NCBI GenBank assembly: GCA_965248105.1
Contig: CBDFIK010000006.1
Span: 259,761 to 323,760 of the forward strand
Source: Bryobacterales bacterium
Lineage (GTDB): Bacteria > Acidobacteriota > Terriglobia > Bryobacterales > UBA6623
DNA: 64,000 nt
Direction of reading: 5' to 3'
Made by a program: the position numbers and the translations under genes. The notes beneath the pieces are model-generated. The model had not been told where the DNA came from. It saw only the letters and a program-made list of their open reading frames with translations, and searched no databases. Positions 8,860 to 18,185 of this stretch are shown here, piece after piece (the first letter of the stretch is position 1; every line of letters begins with the position of its first letter).

Positions 8860-10440
8860 ATGAGTCACTTCGCACCGCTTGCCGAGGTGTTGCTTCGGCA
8901 CCCGCTTCCTTTCTTTTTAGTGTTGCAGGCGGGCCTACTTTTCTACCGCATCGATCTGCTGCCCGTTTGGGGTGACGAGCAGTTCACCCTGAACGCGGTC
9001 GCCCGGCCGTGGACCGAGATCCCGAGCGCTCTGGCAGCCGACATCCACCCTCCGCTCTACTATTTCTTGACCAAAGCCTGGATCGCACTGCCCTGGCCCG
9101 GCTCACTTCTGACGCAGGTACGCGCGCTTTCCGTTGCGTGGGCTCTTCTGTCCACGGTCCTGTTTTGTTTCTTGTGGCTCAGGAACAGCAGCCGTTCCAC
9201 GAGAGTGTGGTTTTTGGCCCTGTGGAGCCTTTCTCCTGCCCTAGTCTTGTACTCGCGCATGGCGCGTTCCTACAGCTTGCAAGTGTTGTTGAGCTGTTTG
9301 CTCTTGTGGCTGGCGGTGCGGTGGACCAGGGAACCGATGCAGAAGAGGCTGCTGGCTGCCTACACGGCCGTCGCGACTTTGCTCTTGTACACCCACTATT
9401 TGCCCGGGTTGGCGATCGTCGGAGCCGTGAATCTGTTGCTGCTGGCACGCTGCCTGCGACATTGGAAATGGCACGTGCTGGCACCGCTTGCGGCTTCAAA
9501 CCTGTTACTGGCGGCGCTCTACGCGCCGTGGCTACCCTTCCTGAGGGCTGCCATGACACGTGTGTTCACAACCGAGTCGTACTCGCTGGTGGATAGTGCT
9601 GCCGTTGAACCAGCTTTGCGCCTGGCCTTCAGCTTTGTCTCTTTCACGTACGGAGAATCGATTTCCGTTTGGGGTCTTGCGGCCGGGCTGTTGATCGGTC
9701 CCCTCGTCGGTTGGATGGTCTGGCGTGGCGCGAACAGCTCTCCGGGATGGCTGGTTGTCGTGGGACTCTCTGCCGCGATTGCCTACCTGGGCGCTACGGC
9801 ATGGGTGAGCGTGCCCTTTACACCGGCACGGATGCTGTTTCTGCTGCCGTTTTACCTTCTCTTGCTCGTGCGCGGGAAAGAACGGAAGCCGCGACTGGGT
9901 CTGGCTGTTTGCAGCGGTGTCTTGCTTGTCGGCATGAGCTCACTATGGAGTTACTTCCACAAAGCCAACTTCCTTAACAAAGGGTACGTACTGCCGTTTG
10001 AAGAGATGGCGGCGTACGTGAAGGGCCAACCTGAGGCCGACAGCGCTCTGATTTTGGTGGATCGGTGGAACAGTGACCCCCAGCCCTTCCTAGCGGCGCT
10101 CGGCGATCGCTTCTCCCCCCTGTTGATCTACGGGGAGAAGTCTGTGCGGAAAGTGCGTGAGCGCGTTCTGCACGATCGGCCGCACAGGATCTGGTATCTG
10201 CGCAATACTCACGACATCTCGCCTGACTCCCTAAACAAAAGGCTGGAGGCGGAGCTAGCTGCCACGTATGACGGCCAACGTCATTTGTTCCTCCCTTATT
10301 CGCCGCTCGATCGGTTAGCCGCACAGCTACTGGGTGACAAGAACCCACCAACCCATCACTATCAGGTGCTCGAGCTGCGCCGGCGAGGCAACGAAGCATC
10401 TTCAGAAGGTGGCGCCCTTAGGGAACCGATCCCGCCATAG
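8860..10440 (+). CDS. multi-TM GT-C fold glycosyltransferase (GT39/PMT_2/ArnT-like)
   Basis: VWGDEQFT, DIHPPLYY, YSRMARSYSL, YTHY motifs and many hydrophobic helices. Confidence 0.75.
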   Translation: MSHFAPLAEVLLRHPLPFFLVLQAGLLFYRIDLLPVWGDEQFTLNAVARPWTEIPSALAADIHPPLYYFLTKAWIALPWPGSLLTQVRALSVAWALLSTVLFCFLWLRNSSRSTRVWFLALWSLSPALVLYSRMARSYSLQVLLSCLLLWLAVRWTREPMQKRLLAAYTAVATLLLYTHYLPGLAIVGAVNLLLLARCLRHWKWHVLAPLAASNLLLAALYAPWLPFLRAAMTRVFTTESYSLVDSAAVEPALRLAFSFVSFTYGESISVWGLAAGLLIGPLVGWMVWRGANSSPGWLVVVGLSAAIAYLGATAWVSVPFTPARMLFLLPFYLLLLVRGKERKPRLGLAVCSGVLLVGMSSLWSYFHKANFLNKGYVLPFEEMAAYVKGQPEADSALILVDRWNSDPQPFLAALGDRFSPLLIYGEKSVRKVRERVLHDRPHRIWYLRNTHDISPDSLNKRLEAELAATYDGQRHLFLPYSPLDRLAAQLLGDKNPPTHHYQVLELRRRGNEASSEGGALREPIPP

Positions 10441-10555
10441 CCCGCAAAAGGATGATCGGCAACTGGGATCGACGATTAGCGTATTCTGAAGGAAGAAGCC
10501 TTGATATACTTGGTGTTCGTCTCGGCTTCGGGCCGGGGCTCGCCGGTAGGTAAGT

Positions 10556-11560
10556 ATGTCTGAAACAGGAACCAAGGTCGCATCGGGGACAGAGGCTGGA
10601 GAGAAGGCCATCTATCTCTTGAAACCCCGTGGCTTTTGCGCCGGCGTAGTCCGAGCGATTGATATCGTAGAGTTGGCGCTCAAGGTTTACGGGCCCCCGA
10701 TTTATGTCCGCAAGGAAATCGTCCACAATCGTCATGTTGTGAACGATCTGGCGAGCCGGGGAGCTGTCTTTGTCGACGAGCTGAGCGAGGTACCCGCCGG
10801 GCGTCGCGCGGTTTACAGCGCGCACGGTGTCGCTCCCGAGGTGCGGCGGGAGGCAAGTGAGCGTGGGTTGGATGTCATTGATGCGACCTGCCCCCTGGTA
10901 ACGAAAGTACACTTGGAGGCCGTCCGCTTCGCGCGCCAGGGGGGAACGATTCTATTGATCGGACACCGTGACCACGACGAGGTCATCGGCACAATGGGGG
11001 AAGCCCCGGATCGCACGATTGTCGTCTCCACGGCCGAGGAGGCGCAGACGGTTCAAGTGCCTGATCCGGAGAAAGTTTGCTATCTGACGCAAACGACCTT
11101 GAGTCTGGACGAAGCGAACGTTATCATTACTGAACTGAAGAAACGCTTTGCGAATATGGAAGGTCCCCCAGCCCAAGACATCTGCTACGCTACCGAGAAT
11201 CGTCAACAGGCGGTCAAGAGGGTCGCACCACGTTGTGACTTGCTGCTCGTCGTCGGATCGCAAAACAGTTCCAACTCACGCCGCCTGGTTGAGGTGGGAG
11301 AGAATTTGGGCGCCCCCGGCTATCTGATCGACGATGAGATCGACCTGGATGCTCGCTGGTTCGAGGGCGTCAAGACCGTTGCCGTGACCGCCGGCGCCTC
11401 CGCGCCCGAATCTTTAGTGCAGCGCGTAATTCATCACCTTTCTCGATTCGGCTTTGCCCGGGTTGAAGAGGTCGAAGTCATTGAAGAGGACGTAAAATTC
11501 TCCCTTCCGCCGGAGCTGGCGCCCTACGAGGGTGAACTGACGCAGATCGCGAACCTATGA
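10556..11560 (+). CDS. ispH: 4-hydroxy-3-methylbut-2-enyl diphosphate reductase
   Basis: PRGFCAGVVRA, EIVHN, SAHG, DATCPLVTKVH, ICYATENRQ, NSSNS, TAGASAP. Stop overlaps the shc start (ATGA). Confidence 0.96.
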   Translation: MSETGTKVASGTEAGEKAIYLLKPRGFCAGVVRAIDIVELALKVYGPPIYVRKEIVHNRHVVNDLASRGAVFVDELSEVPAGRRAVYSAHGVAPEVRREASERGLDVIDATCPLVTKVHLEAVRFARQGGTILLIGHRDHDEVIGTMGEAPDRTIVVSTAEEAQTVQVPDPEKVCYLTQTTLSLDEANVIITELKKRFANMEGPPAQDICYATENRQQAVKRVAPRCDLLLVVGSQNSSNSRRLVEVGENLGAPGYLIDDEIDLDARWFEGVKTVAVTAGASAPESLVQRVIHHLSRFGFARVEEVEVIEEDVKFSLPPELAPYEGELTQIANL

Positions 11561-13526
11561 CGCGTGCCAATCGCGCCGCCCTCGCCGCCACTGCCGTCGC
11601 TCGCGCCCCGGCCGAGCAGCCTCTGCCGCAGGTCGAGGATGCGATCGACCGGGCCACCCGCCACTTGCTATCCCTTCAGGCTCCCGAGGGCTACTGGGTG
11701 GCCGAGCTGGAAGCCGACACCACCCTGCAGGCTGACTACATTCTGCTGCAATTGTGGCTTTATCCCCCTGAGCCCGACGGTATTTGGAATCCTCCAACTC
11801 GTTCCCGAGTGAATAAGGCGGCGCGCCAGATTCTTTCTCGCCAGTTGCCCGGGGGCGGGTGGCAGATATACCCCGGGGGAAGCGCGCACGCCAACGCCTC
11901 AGTTAAGTCCTATGTGGCTCTCAAGATCGCGGGCTTGCCTGATTGCGATGCGGCGCTCGAGAAGGCCAAGCGAAAGATCCTCGAGCTCGGTGGCGTCGAA
12001 GCGGCATATAGCTACATCAAGATCTATCTGAGCTTCTTCGGGCTTTATGATCGCGAGAAGACGCCGACGATTCCTCCTGAACTCTTCTTGTTGCCGAAGA
12101 AGGCGCGCTTCAACATCTACGACATGTCGTCGTGGACTCGGACGATGATAGCGCCGCTGGCTATCTTGACCGCTCTGCGAGCGTCGCGGCCGATCCCCGC
12201 CGGCCTTGAGATACGCGAGATCATCACGGGAAAGGAACCGCCAAAGCCGGAATTCTTTAGTTGGCGCAACCTACTCATGTGCGTCGATGAGGGCTTGAAG
12301 CTTTGGGAAAAGAGAGGCTCTTGGCTGACCCGCAGAAAGGCCATCAATGCGACGAAGAAATGGATGTTCGAGCGCCTGGAGAACTCGGATGGGTTGGGGG
12401 CTATTTTCCCCCCTATGATGAATTCCATTATGGCGCTCACAGAGCTGGGCTATGGCCTCGACCACCCGCTGCTGAAAAGGGAAATCGAAAAGTTCGACCA
12501 GTTGCTTGTCGAGGAGGATGATGTCCTTCGTGTGCAGCCCTGCCTGTCGCCGGTGTGGGACACGGCCATCGGCTCCTACGCCCTAGGATCGGCAAACCCG
12601 GAGCCGGACGCCGAAGTCACAGCCGCACTCCGTCGGGCAGCCGATTGGCTGCTCACGAAGGAGGTCCGCCACTATGGCGACTGGTCGGTGAAGAACGACA
12701 AAGCTGCGCCCGGAGGCTGGTACTTCGAGTTCTCGAACGAGTTTTACCCAGACACGGACGACACCGCCAAGGTCCTTCTTGCGATGCAATACGCTCGCGC
12801 CCGAGACCAACAAGCCCAGCGAGCTGCCGAACAACGGGCGGTCGCGTGGCTGCTGAGCATGCAATCAAAGGATGGCGGCTGGGCGGGGTTCGACGTGGAT
12901 AATGACAATCACTACCTAACTTACCTGCCCTTCGCCGACCACAACGCGATGCTGGACCCGACTTGCGCCGACGTCACTGGCCGAGTCCTGGAGGCCTTGT
13001 GTCGCGTGGGACCCGGTAGACACCATCCCGCGGTCTGGCGAGGCGTCGAATACTTAAAGAATAGCCAGGAGGAAGACGGCAGCTGGTCGGGTCGCTGGGG
13101 CGTGAACTACATTTATGGAACGTGCTTCGCGTTGCGAGGTCTGCGCGCTGCTGAAGAGGACGAGCGCGAACCCTACATCATCCGTGCGGGCGAGTGGCTG
13201 CGATCCATCCAGAACGCGGACGGCGGGTGGGCGAAACCTGTGCCAGCTATGACGATCCCCGCTTGAAATCGGAAGGCGAAAGCGCCCCCTCGCAAACCGC
13301 CTGGGGGCTGATGGGACTTTTCGCCAGTGGAGACTATCGCAGCGACAGCGTAGAGGCCGGCATTCAATACTTATCGTCGAATCAGAACGCCGACGGCTCG
13401 TGGGACGAAGATGCTTGGACCGGAACGGGATTTCCGCGGGTCATCTATTTGAGGTATCACCTTTATGGGCAATATTTCCCGCTGATGGCGCTAGGAGCTT
13501 ATAAAGACTGGCTGCGGGGTCAGTGA
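11557..13526 (+). pseudogene. shc: squalene-hopene cyclase split by a 1-nt deletion (sequencing error or recent inactivation)
   Basis: DTDDTA catalytic motif, QW repeats (QSKDGGW, QEEDGSW, QNADGGW, QNADGSW), RWGVNYIYGT. The frame switches at TGGG 13228-13231, where W-G-E-T-C needs TGGGG. Confidence 0.9.
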
Positions 13527-13685
13527 CGACACTGGGTAGCCCATTGACTTCCGCTCTCGCCCTTTCGCTTCCATGACCCTTCCGTCCGCTGGAACCGGAC
13601 GCCAGGTCCTGAGAAACGTTGATCCGCGGACATCAGTCTGAGCTGGAACGCGGCTAGTCGACAATGCTCTCCGGCACCGTATCTA

Positions 13686-14414
13686 ATGGCTTCAAGGCGC
13701 CGAGTGCTTCTCGTGGTCTCCGGGGACCGGCGAGAGTTGGCGGGATTCGGGGAACCCGACAACGGCCTTGCTCCGTTCTCGTTCGGCGTCCGGTGGAGCG
13801 CGTGGGCGAATCTGAACGGCCGACAGGCTCTATTGGTCGCCAATGGGCCGGGGCGCGAAAACGCCGCCCAAGGAGTCGAATCTGCTTGTAAGAGTTTTGA
13901 CGTGGGCGCGATTGTGTCCGCCGGTTACGTCGGGGCGCTGGACCCGGAGCTGACAGTCGGATCGACTCTGATCGTGCGGCGCATCATACAGCTCAACCCG
14001 CGCCTAGAGTATGCTGTAAGGTTGCCCGTGTGCTCGGGGGAGCTGCGACCCAGAGTGGCTGCGCTAGTGACAATTGATGAAGTCGCACAAGATGCTGACA
14101 GCAAAGCCCAACTCCGAGTCACGGGTGCAGCCGCGGTAGACATGGAAGCCTCGGCCGTGGCGGCGGAAGCGGCGAGGCGGGATCTGCCATTTTATTGCTT
14201 GCGTGCTGTCAGCGACGAGGCTGATACCTCTTTGATCATGGACTGGAATAGCGCCCGGCGATCGGACGGTACGTTCTCAGGCTGGCGCCTCTTAGCTCAG
14301 GCGGCCGCGCATCCCCGGCATTGGAGAAAATTGCACGTGCTCCGACGCGATGCGCAAAGGGCTTCGGCGGCGCTCGGACGGCTGTTTCAACACTGCCGCT
14401 TTGATTTCGACTAG
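13686..14414 (+). CDS. hpnG: hopanoid-associated nucleoside phosphorylase
   Basis: PNP/UDP phosphorylase motifs (SAGYVGAL, AVDMEASAVA, LRAVSD), directly downstream of shc. Confidence 0.75.
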   Translation: MASRRRVLLVVSGDRRELAGFGEPDNGLAPFSFGVRWSAWANLNGRQALLVANGPGRENAAQGVESACKSFDVGAIVSAGYVGALDPELTVGSTLIVRRIIQLNPRLEYAVRLPVCSGELRPRVAALVTIDEVAQDADSKAQLRVTGAAAVDMEASAVAAEAARRDLPFYCLRAVSDEADTSLIMDWNSARRSDGTFSGWRLLAQAAAHPRHWRKLHVLRRDAQRASAALGRLFQHCRFDFD

Positions 14415-14434
14415 CATCTGATTTCAACCAGCTT

Positions 14435-15532
14435 ATGATAAGTGCTCCTGAAGCGGCGGTCCCCGATGCCATGGCGGCATCGGTATACCGCGGAAACAGT
14501 CGCCTGCAACTGGAGAGACTTACCGTTCCCGAGATCGGGCCGGGCGAATTGCTGGTCAGGGTCGAGGCTTGCGGCATTTGCCACACTGACCTCAAGAAGA
14601 TCGAATACGACCTGCTTGCGCCGCCACGCATCTATGGGCATGAGACGGCGGGGGTTGTCGTTTCCGTTGGCCAGGACGTCGGAGGCTTTGTCCCGGGGGA
14701 GCGCGTTTGCTTGTTTCATCACGTTCCCTGCCTCGATTGCTTTTATTGCGAAAAGGGTGACTACGCGCAGTGCGCGACGTACAAACGCGTCGGGGTGACA
14801 GCCGGATTTGAACCGGCGGGTGGCGGCTTCGCGCAATACGTTCGAGTCATGGACTGGATCGTTCGGCGCGGGGTTATCCGCATCCCCGAAGGTGTGGGCT
14901 TTGACCGCGCCAGCTTCGTGGAACCGGTCAACACCTGCATGAAGGCGCTTGCGAAATGCCGGGTGACGCCCGAGGAAGTGGTTCTGGTGATGGGGCAAGG
15001 GCCGATCGGACTGATTTTCACCTGGCTGCTCGCGCAAATGGGTGTCGAGAGGGTGTATGCCACGGATTTGATACCGGCGCGGCTGGAGACGTCGCGATGC
15101 CTCGGAGCTCGAGAAGCGTGGAATGCCTCCGCGACTGATTTCATCTCCGAGATCCGCGGGTTGACCCACGGCCGGTGCGCTGATCTGGCCGTAGTCGCGG
15201 CCTCGGCTCCTGGAATCGTTGAGCAGGCCCTCACGGCATCCCGGCCCGGCGGGCGCGTGATGTTATTCGCTCAAACTTCGGCCAAGGAGACTTTCGAGTT
15301 GAACGGCGACGCGCTGTGCACGGAAGAACGAAGCGTGTTTGGCTCTTATAGCGCCTCGGTCGATCTGCAGCAGGAGTCGGCCGAGCTGGTCTGGCGGAAC
15401 GACTTCCCCGTGGAGGAATTGGTTTCTCATCGCATTGGACTTGATGAGATAACGCGCGGCATCGAAATGGCTCGTCGTCCTACCAATGGTTCGCTAAAGT
15501 TGATTGTGCACCCGCAGAGGTATTCATCGTGA
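14435..15532 (+). CDS. Zn-dependent medium-chain dehydrogenase 1 (polyol/threonine dehydrogenase-like)
   Basis: CGICHTD, GHETAG, CxxCxxC-x7-C structural Zn site, EPVNT, GQGPIG. Confidence 0.9.
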   Translation: MISAPEAAVPDAMAASVYRGNSRLQLERLTVPEIGPGELLVRVEACGICHTDLKKIEYDLLAPPRIYGHETAGVVVSVGQDVGGFVPGERVCLFHHVPCLDCFYCEKGDYAQCATYKRVGVTAGFEPAGGGFAQYVRVMDWIVRRGVIRIPEGVGFDRASFVEPVNTCMKALAKCRVTPEEVVLVMGQGPIGLIFTWLLAQMGVERVYATDLIPARLETSRCLGAREAWNASATDFISEIRGLTHGRCADLAVVAASAPGIVEQALTASRPGGRVMLFAQTSAKETFELNGDALCTEERSVFGSYSASVDLQQESAELVWRNDFPVEELVSHRIGLDEITRGIEMARRPTNGSLKLIVHPQRYSS

Positions 15533-16572
15533 AACAGAAAATGCTAGCCGCGGTCCTCTATGGCGAGGAAGAGCTCCGTGTGGAACCGGTCGCCTTGCCG
15601 CGGATTGGGCCTTCCGACGTTTTAGTAAAGGTTCGGGTGGCGCTTACTTGCGGTACGGACCTGAAAGTGTTCCGGCGGGGATATCATGCTCGCATGATTC
15701 AGCCTCCGGCGATTCTGGGTCACGAGTTGGCTGGGGATATCGTCGCCGTCGGCTCGGAGGTACAGGACTTCCGCACCGGGCAGCGGGTCGTGGCGGCGAA
15801 CTCGGCGCCCTGTTGGAACTGTTACTACTGTCGGCACAAGCAAGAGAACCTCTGCGAAAATCTGCTGTTTAACAATGGCGCTTACGCGGAATACGCGCGC
15901 ATTCCCGGCCCCATCGTCCGCTGCAACACCCATGAGGTTCCCGAAGGTATCGATTACCGGGACGCGGCTTTGATCGAGCCGCTGGCTTGCGTATTGCGGG
16001 CACTAGAGGCTACACAGGTCCGCGTGGACGACACCCTGGCCGTGATGGGGCTCGGTCCGATCGGGCTCATGTTTGTTCGCCTGGCGAAGCTCAAGGGTGC
16101 CCGTGTGCTCGCCGTAGGCCGTCGTCAGACACAGTTGGACCGCGCTGAGCGGATGGGGGCGGACGAGCTCGTTTTGGCGGAGCCTGGAGCCGACCCCGTC
16201 AAAGCCGTTCGGTGCCTGACAGGCGGGTCTCGCGGAGCTGACATCGTGATCGAAGCGGTCGGCGCCCCCGAAACCTGGCAAGCAGCAGTCGCGATGGTTC
16301 GCAGCGGAGGCATTGTCAATTTGTTCGGCGGTTGTCCCTCCGAAAGTACTATTTCGGTGGACACATCCCAGATTCATTACTCGGAAATCACGCTGCAATC
16401 GAGTTTCCACCATACGCCGACCCACATCTTGAAAGCCCTGGATATCATTTGCCGAAAGCAGCTACAGGCTTCCGACTTCGTGATTGATGAGGCTCCTCTT
16501 GCGGATCTCCTGCGAGTCTTCCGGCAGATGATGAGCCACAACGGCCACCTGAAAACCGCGATTCTTCCGTAG
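15529..16572 (+). CDS. Zn-dependent medium-chain dehydrogenase 2 (polyol/threonine dehydrogenase-like)
   Basis: TCGTD, GHELAG, CWNCYYC-x7-C, EPLAC, GLGPIG. Its start overlaps the stop of dehydrogenase 1. Confidence 0.9.
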   Translation: MKQKMLAAVLYGEEELRVEPVALPRIGPSDVLVKVRVALTCGTDLKVFRRGYHARMIQPPAILGHELAGDIVAVGSEVQDFRTGQRVVAANSAPCWNCYYCRHKQENLCENLLFNNGAYAEYARIPGPIVRCNTHEVPEGIDYRDAALIEPLACVLRALEATQVRVDDTLAVMGLGPIGLMFVRLAKLKGARVLAVGRRQTQLDRAERMGADELVLAEPGADPVKAVRCLTGGSRGADIVIEAVGAPETWQAAVAMVRSGGIVNLFGGCPSESTISVDTSQIHYSEITLQSSFHHTPTHILKALDIICRKQLQASDFVIDEAPLADLLRVFRQMMSHNGHLKTAILP

Positions 16573-16796
16573 ATTCGGTCGCGCCAGGTCGGGCGGCTTG
16601 CCGGCCCAGCGGATTTCTCTCTGCCGTCCGCGGCAGTCCCACTTGAACCGCGCGGGGCGCCTGCGCGGTAATGTCATAGTGGAATGCCGGCCGACAGAAG
16701 GGAAGGCAGGCGGGGGCGAAGCCGCTCCGCGAGCTGTGTGCGGAGTTGCTCGCGGCTGTTTCGACCTGCGCCCCTCGACGAGGAAATTCCACCGGC

Positions 16797-17177
16797 CCCA
16801 GCCCGCCTTTCTCGCCAGCGGCCGGCAGCAGTGGAGCGAAATCCTCGCCGCTTGAGATGTAGGGGCGCGATTCATCGCGCCCGCTTGCCGGCATACTGTA
16901 CGCTGGGCGATGTGCACAAAGTTTTGCCGCTAGCCCGTATTTCTCACGACAAACCAGTAGGGGCGGGCCGCTGCGCCCGCCCAGAGAGGCTCTCGCGGGG
17001 TTGGGTTGGGTGATCGAATGGGACGGAGTGCGCATCTTACAAATGGGCGGACACGGCGGTCCGCCCCTACAAATAAAGTCCGTTCAACGCCGGTCGTCCG
17101 AACGCTCGTGAGAAATGCGGGCTAGCCATGGCTACCGGTCCCTTCGCCCCAATCGCAGTGACAGTGGTGAGAAAAAC
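16797..17177. repeat. outer REP-containing repeat carrying the MITE insertion (filled allele)
   Basis: Ends AGCCCGCCTTTCTCGCCA and TGGTGAGAAAAACCGGCT are imperfect inverted repeats; homologous to 4378-4549 outside the insert. Confidence 0.7.
16930..17125. mobile_element. MITE-like element with ~20-bp TIRs, CTAG at both ends and an internal REP doublet
   Basis: CTAGCCCGTATTTCTCACGA ... TCGTGAGAAATGCGGGCTAG. Homologous copies at 47817-48008 (inverted) and 55994-56316. Confidence 0.85.
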
Positions 17178-17219
17178 CGGCTCGCCGTTCAGCAGTCCGC
17201 CAGGCAATGAGGCTCCGAG

Positions 17220-18185
17220 GTGAAGCGCTTCTTACAACCGGCTGAATTCAGCGAAGTCTATGGGACAGACAACCTTCGGGCCTGGCCCCTGGGCGATTCG
17301 CTTGCCTACACGCGCTGGTTAGCGCAGGTTCACTACGAGAACTTTCACGTTGTCAGTTTGTTGTTGCCCCGTCGCCTGCGCCAGGATTTTCGCAACGTCT
17401 ACAGTTTTTGTCGCTGGTCGGATGACCTGGGCGACGAAATCGGAGATCCTCAGCGCAGCCTCGAGTTGCTGGAGTGGTGGAGCGGCGAGCTGAAGGCCAT
17501 GTATCAAGGTGCCGCCCGGCATCCCGTGTTCGTCGCCCTGAAGCAGACCGTCGAGACGCACGGTATCCCGGAGCAAACGTTCGCTGACTTGATTCATGCT
17601 TTCGTCCAGGATCAGCGCATGACCCGCTACACCACGTATGCGGACCTGCTTGGCTACTGTCGCTACTCAGCCAACCCGGTGGGCCGGCTTGTGCTGCATT
17701 TGTGCGGCTACACGGACGAGCCGCGAAGACAGCTTTCCGACAGTACCTGTACGGCCCTACAGCTGGCGAACTTCTGGCAGGACGTCGGCCGCGATTGGAA
17801 GAAGGGCCGTGTCTATATCCCTCTGGAGGATATGGACCGTCACAGCTACTCGATCGAGAATCTGGAAGATGATCTGAAGCAAGGGGTAGCTCGTCCCGCT
17901 TTTCGCAACCTCATGCGAGAGCTGGTCGACCGGACTCAGGAACTTTTTCAAAAAGGGCTTCCCCTGGTTGATCTTGTCGGCCGGCGGCTCTCGATCGATG
18001 TGGAATTGTTCAGCCGGGGAGGCCTGGCGATTCTGGAGATGATTCGCCGGCAAGACTACGACACCGTGGCGCGGCGGCCGACGTTGGAAAAGTGGGATCG
18101 CTTCAAGCTCCTTTCGCGAGTTGTCAGCCGGCAGATCCTCGGCCGTCCCCGGCTGAAGGGGACCGCAGAACATGCCTACCGTTGA
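17220..18185 (+). CDS. hpnC: squalene synthase HpnC
   Basis: HYENFHV, RWSDDLGDE, YCRYSANPVGR, ALQLANFWQDV, GRVYIP. Confidence 0.92.
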   Translation: MKRFLQPAEFSEVYGTDNLRAWPLGDSLAYTRWLAQVHYENFHVVSLLLPRRLRQDFRNVYSFCRWSDDLGDEIGDPQRSLELLEWWSGELKAMYQGAARHPVFVALKQTVETHGIPEQTFADLIHAFVQDQRMTRYTTYADLLGYCRYSANPVGRLVLHLCGYTDEPRRQLSDSTCTALQLANFWQDVGRDWKKGRVYIPLEDMDRHSYSIENLEDDLKQGVARPAFRNLMRELVDRTQELFQKGLPLVDLVGRRLSIDVELFSRGGLAILEMIRRQDYDTVARRPTLEKWDRFKLLSRVVSRQILGRPRLKGTAEHAYR

